From: Pseudomonas fluorescens
Lineage (GTDB): Bacteria; Pseudomonadota; Alphaproteobacteria; UBA2136; UBA6156
Reading direction: 5' to 3'
Assembly (NCBI GenBank): GCA_003241595.1
Contig: QFOU01000018.1
Coordinates: 1-23,583 of the forward strand
Length of the DNA: 23,583 nt
The position numbers and the translations under genes are program-made. Below the pieces are notes generated by a model. That model saw nothing but the letters and a program-made list of their open reading frames with translations, searched no databases and was not told where the DNA came from. Shown here piece by piece: positions 7,066 through 14,456 of this stretch; the stretch's first letter is position 1; every line of letters starts with the position of its first letter.

Positions 7066-7931
7066 GTGGCGGTACCGTCCCTGTTTTTATGTTCTTGGAG
7101 TAACTCTCGCACGGCTTCGGCCTGTCGCCAACCGACTTCCACACACAACCAGCCGCCGTTGCGCACCAATTCACCACCCCATGCCGCCAGCTTGCGGTAG
7201 AACAGCAGGCCATCCGGATTCTTCTCGCCACCGGTCAATGCCAGTCGGGGTTCAAAGTCCTTCACTTCACCCTCACGGGCGGCCCACTCCTCGTCAGTTA
7301 CGTAAGGAGGGTTGCTGACAAGCAGGTCGAATTTCCCCGCGATGCCGTCCAAACCATCCTGCAAAACCACATTCCACCGACGCGGTGAAGGGCGAGGGGC
7401 CTCTTGCGCAAATGGGGGCGATGCCGCCTCGTTCTCGCTCATATCTTCAAGGTTTTTGGCAATGTTCTCAGTGGCTATCGCCCATGCGGACTCACTGATC
7501 TCCACCCCGGTGTAACGGGCCTCGGGGCGCTCAGCCAGCAGCGTGCCACCAATGCATCCGCTGCCCACGCCCAGTTCCAGCATATTGTAATTATGGCGAA
7601 TATCCGGCATTCGACGCAAGCACTCTTCTACCAGGATCTCCGTATCCGGTCGCGGGATCAACACTCCCGGCCCAACGGCCCATGTCCGACCATAAAACCA
7701 CGCAAATCCAAGAATATAACCCAATGGCTCACCCGCCACTCGCCGCGAAACCAAATCTTCTAAAGCAGGCTCTTTTTCTACCGGAAAATCATTATTATCC
7801 AGTAATATAATCTGGGTTTCATCAATGCCCAGCACATGCTGGACCAACTGCTTGCCTTCCCGTGACCCCACCTCCCGCGCAACAGCAAGACGGGCCTGTG
7901 CGGCCCGCCAAGTGTCTGCGATCGTTGGCAT
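6996..7931 (-). CDS. prmC: Release-factor glutamine N5-methyltransferase PrmC/HemK
   Basis: Class I MTase with the NPPY motif (LLVSNPPYV) and a GxGxG-like LELGVGSGCIG. ATG overlaps the prfA TAA by 1 nt. Confidence 0.85.
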   Translation of the reverse strand: MPTIADTWRAAQARLAVAREVGSREGKQLVQHVLGIDETQIILLDNNDFPVEKEPALEDLVSRRVAGEPLGYILGFAWFYGRTWAVGPGVLIPRPDTEILVEECLRRMPDIRHNYNMLELGVGSGCIGGTLLAERPEARYTGVEISESAWAIATENIAKNLEDMSENEAASPPFAQEAPRPSPRRWNVVLQDGLDGIAGKFDLLVSNPPYVTDEEWAAREGEVKDFEPRLALTGGEKNPDGLLFYRKLAAWGGELVRNGGWLCVEVGWRQAEAVRELLQEHKNRDGTATWHEISVCKDLGGRDRVVCAQRV

Positions 7932-9016
7932 TATTCGGCCAGAGCGGCGAGGCGTTCCGCTTCATCGGCACGCTGGAGCGCGTTCAGAACTTCGATCAGG
8001 TTCTTACCGCCCACCATGACGTCCGGCAGATTATGTACTGTCAATTCAATACGATGGTCGGTTACGCGGTTCTGCGGATAGTTATAGGTGCGAATCTTCT
8101 CGCTGCGGTCACCGCTACCCACCATCGCACTCCGCGCGGCACCACGCGCATCCGCCGCTTCCTGACGCTTGGCCGCCAGCAGGCGGGAACGCAGGATCTT
8201 CATAGCCTTTTCCTTGTTCTTGAGCTGGCTCTTTTCATCTTGGCAAGCCACCGCAAGTCCGGTCGGCATGTGGGTGATACGTACCGCACTGTCGGTCGTG
8301 TTCACGCTCTGACCGCCGGGGCCGGAACTTCTGAACACGTCAATGCGCAGGTCTTTGTCTTCGATCTTAACATCAACTTCTTCCGCTTCCGGCAATACGG
8401 CAACGGTGGCGGCACTGGTATGAACGCGGCCCTGGGTTTCGGTCGCAGGTACACGTTGTACGCGGTGAACACCACTTTCAAACTTCAACTGACGGAAGAC
8501 GTTCTGGCCGGCCACCCGCACGATGATTTCACGGTAACCGCCTTTTTCAGCCTCGTTGGCATCTTGAACTTCAAATTTCCAGCCCATAACGGCCGCCAGC
8601 GCGGTGTACATCTTAAACAGGTCGCCCGCAAAGATACCAGCCTCGTCCCCACCTGTACCGGCGCGGATTTCCAGCATAACGTTACGGCCGTCATCTTCAT
8701 CTTTGGGCAGAAGCATGATCTTCAAACGCTCTTCCATTTCGGGCAGAACGGTGATGGCCTCATCGTATTCGGCCTGAGCAAGCTCCTTAAAGTCGCGGTC
8801 AGCACTGGCATCGCCCATAACGGCAAGAGCTTCTTCTTTCGAATCCAGAAGCTTGATGTACACCTTAAAAGCGTCCACCACGTCTTTCATTTCCGCATAT
8901 TCGCGGTTGAGCGCAGTCATGCGACCGATATCGCTAACAACATTGGGGTCTTGCAAATCAGCTTCTACCGAGGCGAAGCGTTCGAGAATCTTGGTACCTT
9001 GATCACGTAAATCCAT
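7931..9016 (-). CDS. prfA: Peptide chain release factor 1
   Basis: GGQ motif (RSSGPGGQSVNTTDSAVRITH), PxT-region, full-length alignment feel. First ATG at 9016 (MDLRDQGTKILERF...). The track ORF extends upstream to 9127 with no plausible N-terminus. Confidence 0.9.
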   Translation of the reverse strand: MDLRDQGTKILERFASVEADLQDPNVVSDIGRMTALNREYAEMKDVVDAFKVYIKLLDSKEEALAVMGDASADRDFKELAQAEYDEAITVLPEMEERLKIMLLPKDEDDGRNVMLEIRAGTGGDEAGIFAGDLFKMYTALAAVMGWKFEVQDANEAEKGGYREIIVRVAGQNVFRQLKFESGVHRVQRVPATETQGRVHTSAATVAVLPEAEEVDVKIEDKDLRIDVFRSSGPGGQSVNTTDSAVRITHMPTGLAVACQDEKSQLKNKEKAMKILRSRLLAAKRQEAADARGAARSAMVGSGDRSEKIRTYNYPQNRVTDHRIELTVHNLPDVMVGGKNLIEVLNALQRADEAERLAALAE

Positions 9017-9204
9017 AAAAAGCCTTCTATCCCAACCGGCCCTATACCGCAACCGTCCTTGAAAGAGCTTGTGCGCCATCCCATAAAGAGTCTGAACACC
9101 CTGGTTAATGCCGGGGCGATCCATCATCGACCGTTTGTTAGCAGGGCCATAGCCCTGAAATCGGTCATTCTTAATTCTCGTGTTCTCGCGAAAGGAGAAA
9201 CGAA

Positions 9205-9795
9205 ATGAATGCTGAACTTCTTAACGATCTCGCACTCTGGTTCTGGCATACTCTGAAAGTCGGAATCGTGCTGCTTCTGATTGGGTTTATTATCTGGACG
9301 ATTCTCCTGAAGCGGAAACTTCGTAGCATGAAGACTCATCCGGATGTGCAAAAGCTCATCGATGCCGTGAATAACTTTCACGACATTCCGAACGAAAAGG
9401 CCACGACCACGGCCGAAGCTGTCAATATCCTCAACAGGGAGACGGGCGTATCGGCGACAAAGCTGTACGTAGCCTATGCGTGCATCCCCTCGCTTGAAAC
9501 AAAGGTCAAGAAAGATATCAAAACGAATAACCTTCGGGTGACGCGTTTCCATCATATCTATCCATATCTTGACGTTTTCTTGCGTGAGATCGAACTTCGC
9601 GAAACGTTGAATAGCAATGCGCTTATCGGCTTTCAGCATCAGGTTTCTACCGCTAAGGGGGTCAATGCCGCCTACGCTGTGGCGAACAATGATGTCAGAG
9701 GTGTTGTCGCTGAGATGGAGGATGTTGCGAGAAAGGCATTCAAATTCGGTAAGGACATCGGCGACATGACGAACGTTAGTGCTCAGGAAGCTTAG
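9205..9795 (+). CDS. Hypothetical membrane-anchored protein (N-terminal TM, 196 aa), lower GC (~47%) and T-ending codon bias unlike neighbours
   Basis: AGGAG SD (aaaggagaaacgaaATG). TM segment LALWFWHTLKVGIVLLLIGFIIWTILL. In-frame TAG at 9793 is followed by 45 more open codons (see findings). Confidence 0.6.
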   Translation: MNAELLNDLALWFWHTLKVGIVLLLIGFIIWTILLKRKLRSMKTHPDVQKLIDAVNNFHDIPNEKATTTAEAVNILNRETGVSATKLYVAYACIPSLETKVKKDIKTNNLRVTRFHHIYPYLDVFLREIELRETLNSNALIGFQHQVSTAKGVNAAYAVANNDVRGVVAEMEDVARKAFKFGKDIGDMTNVSAQEA

Positions 9796-9954
9796 CGCGC
9801 GAAAGCAAAGTTGGAAGAGGCTCACGAAGAGCTGAAGCACAGAAGGGGTATCGACACCCTTCGTGCTACGCCTAAGCCTCAGCCGCCTAGGAGTGGGCAG
9901 CCTCCGGCTCAGCCTCCGGCAAACTCCTAGCACCGGGCACCCCCCCGCTACACG

Positions 9955-9991
9955 AAAAGAAAAGGCCCTGTCATCGACAGGGCCTTTTCAC
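9955..9991. terminator. Bidirectional intrinsic terminator GGCCCTGTC-ATC-GACAGGGCC flanked by A-run and T-run
   Basis: Direct read, between 9205..9795(+) and rpsU(-). Confidence 0.75.
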
Positions 9992-9998
9992 ATGCGAA

Positions 9999-10199
9999 CT
10001 ACATGTCGTAGTTGCGCTTGTTTTCAGTCTTTTTGCTGCGACGTACGCCTTCACGCAGAAGACGGGCGCGCTTTTCGAAAGGCTTTTCGTGGTAGCGACG
10101 TTGACGAAGCTCGCGGAACAAACCTTCACGGTTCATCAGCTTCTTCAGGCGACGGAGAGCCTGCTCAACATCGTTATGGAAAACATCCACACGTACCAT
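9999..10199 (-). CDS. rpsU: 30S ribosomal protein S21
   Basis: MVRVDVFHNDVEQALRRLKKLMNREGLFRELRQRRYHEKP... is typical of S21. ATG at 10199. The upstream extension in the track is rejected. Confidence 0.85.
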   Translation of the reverse strand: MVRVDVFHNDVEQALRRLKKLMNREGLFRELRQRRYHEKPFEKRARLLREGVRRSKKTENKRNYDM

Positions 10200-10374
10200 A
10201 TTAATCACCAATCCTTTCAAAGTCTTAACTTGCTGTACGTGATATTTCACACGCAGCGACTGGGGGCTAAATGCCTCATTTGATGCCGTAATGCAAGCTT
10301 TTTATGATGATTTTGTAAGGATTCGCACATCAAAACTTGCCTAATTCATTTCCACTTGGCACCATGCAGCTCTT

Positions 10375-11112
10375 ATGGCCCGCAAAAAATTCATGCAAAC
10401 CCTGTCTATCGCGCAAATTTCGGCGGCTTTGCGCCGTCCGCGCGCGCAGCATGATGTCTATAAAGACTATAACGTCCTCCGCCAGCGCTATATCTTAGAG
10501 CGCGCCGCCAAGCACTATAACCTGCGCGACGACGATCCCGCCCCCCTCTACGGCAAAACCCTGCTGGATGTCGGCTGCGGCGAATCGCCCATCGGCCAGT
10601 TCTTGGCGCTCTCCGGTGCCGATATCACCGCGATCGACGAAGATCCCACGGTACTCGCCGCCGCCGAATCCGCCGCCGTCTCCTTCGGCGCGCCCATTAC
10701 CTTCCATAATGTCGGGCCGGAAAAACTACTTAATACCAGCAAGTTCGATATCATTCTGGCGCTGGATGTGCTGGAAGACTCCGAAAACGCAGCCAAACTG
10801 GTCTGGGTGCTCAAGCAGATCCTCGTTCCCGGCGGCCTGATCATCTTTTCACATATCAATCGCAAGCCGCGTTCATGGTTTTACCATGTCTTCCTGTCGG
10901 GGTACGTTTACGGCCGTACACCCAGCCGTGGCCGCCGCTTTTCGCGTTTCCACAGCCCTCAATTGCTCGATGCGATGTGCCGCAAGGTCGGCTTGCAATT
11001 GTCCGATGTACAGGGGCTTAAGTTCAGTATAGCCAAGCAATGCTGGCTGCGCTCCACCAGCGCGCGTACGCGCTATCTGGCCGAGGCTACAGAACTTCCT
11101 CCCCAGAAGTAA
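10375..11112 (+). CDS. ubiG: Class I SAM-dependent methyltransferase, UbiG-like (3-demethylubiquinone 3-O-methyltransferase family)
   Basis: KTLLDVGCGESPIG SAM motif I, ...FDIILALDVLEDSEN...LVPGGLIIFSHINRKPRSW, colinear with UbiG. The exact family assignment is an inference. Confidence 0.6.
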   Translation: MARKKFMQTLSIAQISAALRRPRAQHDVYKDYNVLRQRYILERAAKHYNLRDDDPAPLYGKTLLDVGCGESPIGQFLALSGADITAIDEDPTVLAAAESAAVSFGAPITFHNVGPEKLLNTSKFDIILALDVLEDSENAAKLVWVLKQILVPGGLIIFSHINRKPRSWFYHVFLSGYVYGRTPSRGRRFSRFHSPQLLDAMCRKVGLQLSDVQGLKFSIAKQCWLRSTSARTRYLAEATELPPQK

Positions 11113-11380
11113 CCGGACGCTCCAGCTCCTCCAGCATCGGCTTTAACTGACCGGTATCGTGCAGGGCGTAAAGGTCGTCACAGCCACCAATCCCAGTATC
11201 GTTAATGAAGATTTGCGGCACCGTGCGCGCGTTCGGCCGCCGGATCGCCAACTCATCATACTTTTCGGGCTGCTCGCTCAAATCAATTTCCACGTAGTCC
11301 ACATTCAGCTGGTCAAGCAGCAGCTTGGCCTTTACGCAGTAAGGGCAGTGATCCTTCGTATAAATCTCTACAAAAGCCAT
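11087..11380 (-). CDS. grxC: Glutaredoxin (Grx3-type, CPYC active site, IGGCDDL)
   Basis: MAFVEIYTKDHCPYCVKAK...VPQIFINDTGIGGCDDL. ATG at 11380. Convergent 26-nt overlap with the ubiG-like 3' end. Confidence 0.8.
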   Translation of the reverse strand: MAFVEIYTKDHCPYCVKAKLLLDQLNVDYVEIDLSEQPEKYDELAIRRPNARTVPQIFINDTGIGGCDDLYALHDTGQLKPMLEELERPVTSGEEVL

Positions 11381-11532
11381 GGTCGTCATACCTCGTTGTT
11401 CGGGGCTAATCTAACAAGTAAGACGCACATACGCCACACCAAGTTCCCTTCATCAGGGGGGGAGGGGGCTGCCTTTCTTGCAGTTGCCCAAGCAAACGGC
11501 TAAGCTCCGCATAACAAAAAATGGAATAGACC

Positions 11533-12462
11533 ATGGCCGCCGAAATCATCCTTAGCCCCGCCGAGAAACAACTCGCTGCACCTTTCCTCAAGTGGCTGGA
11601 ACCCGACAAGATCGCAGGTAAAAAAGAAATGGTCATCAACCGCCCGGGCCAGATCGGCTTCGAAGCCTACGACGGCTCATGGACCTTCTTCGAAGACGAA
11701 ACCCTCGACTTCGACCGCCTTTTCGCGCTGATGAACCTCCTGTCCGAGCGTACCGGCCAAACCTTTAACATGGCCAACCCGATTCTCTCGGTGAAGCTGC
11801 CGGGAGGCCACCGTGCCCAGTTCGTGGCAGGTCAGCAAAACGCACGCCTCTTCACTCTCGGTGTCCGTCTCGCCAACGTGCGGGAGTTCGACCTGAACTC
11901 CTACGAGATGCCGGAAGACGAGCGCCAACTGCTCATCGAGACCATCCGTTCACAAAAAACCATCCTGATCTCAGGTGGTACCGGTACCGGTAAAACCAGC
12001 TTCATGAACGCCTGCCTCAAGCACGTGCCGATGCACGAGCGTCTGGTAGTGCTGGAAGACGTACCGGAACTGCGCTTGGTTCACGATAACCTCGTGCACT
12101 TCCTCTTCGCCAACTTTAGTAAGGGCCAGGAAGGCGGGCGCCAAGCCGCGGTGAACGACCTTCTCAACGCCACCCTGCGCCTCCGCCCCGACCGCATCAT
12201 TATGGGGGAAATCCGTAAGGAGAACGCCTTTACCTTCTGTTCCGCCATCAACACCGGCCACGCAGGCTCCATGGCCACCATCCACGCCAACTCGCCGGCA
12301 GGCGCCATCGACGCGGTCATCAACCGCGTCATGCTCAACGGCGACAGCACCGAATCCGCCATCCAGATCCTCCGCCGCCAGCTGGAAGGCGACATCTTCG
12401 GGGTGGCCCAGCTGGAACGTCTGCCCGGCCGTAACGGCGCCCGCTTTGTCCGCCTGCGTTAA
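11533..12462 (+). CDS. VirB11/TrbB/CpaF-family secretion NTPase (309 aa), solitary
   Basis: Walker A ILISGGTGTGKTS, Asp box LVVLEDVPEL, ...RPDRIIMGEIR (Walker B/Arg finger region), His box NTGHAGSMATIHANS. Size and architecture match VirB11/TrbB. Weak SD. Confidence 0.75.
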   Translation: MAAEIILSPAEKQLAAPFLKWLEPDKIAGKKEMVINRPGQIGFEAYDGSWTFFEDETLDFDRLFALMNLLSERTGQTFNMANPILSVKLPGGHRAQFVAGQQNARLFTLGVRLANVREFDLNSYEMPEDERQLLIETIRSQKTILISGGTGTGKTSFMNACLKHVPMHERLVVLEDVPELRLVHDNLVHFLFANFSKGQEGGRQAAVNDLLNATLRLRPDRIIMGEIRKENAFTFCSAINTGHAGSMATIHANSPAGAIDAVINRVMLNGDSTESAIQILRRQLEGDIFGVAQLERLPGRNGARFVRLR

Positions 12463-12530
12463 CAGGGGCTGCCAGTAAGTTGAAAGTAAGTTTTTCATCG
12501 GTTTAAGTCAATGAAATCGCATGGATAAAG

Positions 12531-12554
12531 AAATATCCCCGCATGGGGATATTT
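12531..12554. promoter_or_regulatory. Perfect palindrome AAATATCCCC-GCAT-GGGGATATTT (10-bp arms), directly upstream of a TTGCAG-N17-TAAATG promoter-like element
   Basis: Direct read. Could be an operator or a weak terminator for the ATPase gene. Confidence 0.5.
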
Positions 12555-12589
12555 TCCACTTGCAGCACAGCCAAAACCACCCTAAATGG

Positions 12590-12871
12590 CACCCTAAGGT
12601 TGTGTTTTAAACATGTGCCGAATCATCACTTATTGCTTCCTCAAACCGGAAAGGCGCCGGTATGAAATCTCAATACGTTAAGGCAAGAAGTATTGCCGTC
12701 TGCTCACTGGTGACGACCCTTCGCAGGGAGACGCTGGTGGGGGCTACGCCGCAAGGTCGTCTTGCGTTCCTCTGCGCTACGCAGCAAGGGCGAGACCTTG
12801 GTAACCCGCATACTACCCTCAGCAGGGCCGAAACCAGCCTATTGCGGGGAAACGCTAAGTTTGAGTACGTG
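12590..12871 (+). ncRNA. Candidate structured 5' leader / ncRNA (GC-rich, nested inverted repeats) upstream of the 135-aa gene; not assignable to a known family by eye
   Basis: The ATG-12662 reading frame here uses rare codons (AGA, AGT, AGG, CGA, CTA, TTG, GGA) unlike all confident genes. Nested inverted repeats include CAAGGTC...GACCTTG and CTGCG-cta-CGCAG. Confidence 0.25.
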
Positions 12872-13279
12872 ATGAATCACCCTCTGGCCGTTTGCGTGAA
12901 TATCAAAACGCGCAACATCGCAACGCAGCCGGATGCGGGGTCGCATGTCGAACTCTACTATGTCTATCGCAAATCGGTGCAAAGTATGGCGCAGATGGAG
13001 GCTCTGACCAAAGAGTTCCTCAATCCGCGGCTGGTGCCGGAGAACTACTTCCATAAGCAGCGTTCCTACTCGGGAGATCCGTCGTCCGTATATAACTATG
13101 CGCGGTCACGCTTCCAGTCCGAGTACATGTGGCCGGATGCTCCCGGCTGCCTGAAGGACACATTGCCGTTCGGCACACTGGAAGAGCAGCTCAAAAGGCT
13201 TGGCTTCGCTCCGGAATTCATTGCGTCTCAGGCGCGGCAGAACGACCTGCGGACCGACCGGCTCTCCTGTGTCGCCTGA
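12872..13279 (+). CDS. Hypothetical protein, 135 aa (MNHPLAVCVNIKTRNIATQPDAGSHVELYYVYRK...)
   Basis: Good coding periodicity but G-ending rather than C-ending third positions. Followed by a strong terminator. No recognisable domain. Confidence 0.55.
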   Translation: MNHPLAVCVNIKTRNIATQPDAGSHVELYYVYRKSVQSMAQMEALTKEFLNPRLVPENYFHKQRSYSGDPSSVYNYARSRFQSEYMWPDAPGCLKDTLPFGTLEEQLKRLGFAPEFIASQARQNDLRTDRLSCVA

Positions 13280-13291
13280 TATCGAATTAAC

Positions 13292-13320
13292 AAAACCGTC
13301 GCCATTCAGGCGGCGGTTTT
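13292..13320 (+). terminator. Intrinsic terminator AAACCGTCGCC-ATTCAG-GCGGCGGTTTT
   Basis: 11-bp stem with one G-U wobble, followed by a T-run. Confidence 0.75.
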
Positions 13321-13429
13321 GCTGCATAATACGAGTTGAAAAAACGTACACAACTCTTGCGCTTGGCATGAATTAAGCTTAGATAGGACTTGGAAACCAT
13401 CTCCCCTTCCATTTCGAAAGGAGCCGACC

Positions 13430-14377
13430 ATGTCGGACAAGACCTATCAACGAGGAGGTCGTATCCTTACCGCGGTGGATGGTTATACCACCCCCATACG
13501 GTTCGGATCTTACCTTCTGGATACTTACTATAAACCCGGCAGCGCAATGCACAATTGGCTGGCCTTGGGGCGCGATACCATCAGCAACCGCGAAAGTTAC
13601 TTCGGCGGCACCGTCGAAAAAGGGGAAACCCTCCTTCAGGCGCTGTTCGGCGAATCCGCGGAAGAAGTGGGCCTCGACTACAACCCCTCCATCGCTCACA
13701 AAAAAGTGATCGCCATTCTTTCGGTGGATACCGAAGACCGCCTCGATCGCCGTAACGATCGTACCGTCGTCTTCAATGCCAAAGAAAGGGTGTACTACGC
13801 TCTGAAATACAATATGAAGGGTGATCCGGGAGAATATGTCGTCGATCCCAATGAGCTCTACAACGTCGGTGACTGCTTCAAGCTCAGAAGCGTCTTTCGT
13901 ACAAAGTCCACGCGTCAGCCGGTGCAACAACCGCCCCGACACGATGAACTGCTGCCGGAAGTCGTCAATCCCCGCTACGAGCTTATCAACTCGTTCGAGG
14001 CGTGCTTCTCGCTGATGCGTCCGTCGTTCCAGTACGCCATTGCCATGGCCGAAAAGCTCGATATCCTCTACAGCTTAAAAGGCCGTCAGGAAGTGGAGCC
14101 CGACTGGGATGATCTTGCCGATCAGTGGGAAAACCTGAACATCCATCCTCTGATCATCGAGATCTTCTGCTACCGACAAAGCAGCTTCGCCGAGACTCTG
14201 AAACAGCTCGACGAAATCAACGCCAAGCTCGATCTGACCGATGCCGAAGCGAATGCAATGTTCAGTGGCATGATGCGCAACCTCGAGCTTGCCGAGAAAG
14301 GCTTGCACAACCTTCTCAAACATAAACTTCCACACGATACCGAAATCCGGGAAATTCTCAGCATCATTAAACGCTGA
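13430..14377 (+). CDS. Nudix-fold-like protein with degenerate Nudix box (GGTVEKGETLLQALFGESAEEVGL; Arg of the REx2EE motif replaced by Gly) fused to ~150-aa helical C-terminal domain, 315 aa
   Basis: AGGAG SD (gaaaggagccgaccATG). Nudix box spacing Gx5Ex7(G)ExxEExGL is preserved except for the R->G change. Confidence 0.6.
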   Translation: MSDKTYQRGGRILTAVDGYTTPIRFGSYLLDTYYKPGSAMHNWLALGRDTISNRESYFGGTVEKGETLLQALFGESAEEVGLDYNPSIAHKKVIAILSVDTEDRLDRRNDRTVVFNAKERVYYALKYNMKGDPGEYVVDPNELYNVGDCFKLRSVFRTKSTRQPVQQPPRHDELLPEVVNPRYELINSFEACFSLMRPSFQYAIAMAEKLDILYSLKGRQEVEPDWDDLADQWENLNIHPLIIEIFCYRQSSFAETLKQLDEINAKLDLTDAEANAMFSGMMRNLELAEKGLHNLLKHKLPHDTEIREILSIIKR

Positions 14378-14397
14378 AATACCCGCCTTTCACCCCA

Positions 14398-14426
14398 AAC
14401 GCCGCCAGTTCATCTGGCGGCGTTTG
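14398..14426 (+). terminator. Intrinsic terminator AAACGCCGCCAG-TTCAT-CTGGCGGCGTTT; sequence-similar to the 13292-13320 hairpin
   Basis: 12-bp perfect stem plus TTTGTGTG. Confidence 0.75.
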
Positions 14427-14456
14427 TGTGTTGAAGAGAGCAAGGGCAGGGGGCTT

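Noticed and set aside
7862-9010. 382-aa plus-strand ORF antisense to prfA
   Set aside because: Shadow ORF of prfA. No domain-like sequence.
12700-12730. GGTGACGACCC, reverse complement of a ZTP-riboswitch-like GGGUCGUGAC element
   Set aside because: One mismatch, on the strand with no downstream gene, and no accompanying pseudoknot partner seen. Likely coincidence.
12662-12871. N-terminal 70 codons of the tracked 205-aa ORF (MKSQYVKARSIAVCSLVTTLRRETLVGATPQGRLAFL...)
   Set aside because: Rare-codon usage and an RNA-like R/L/T/A/G composition. Treated as non-coding leader, with the protein starting at ATG 12872. This is not fully excluded.
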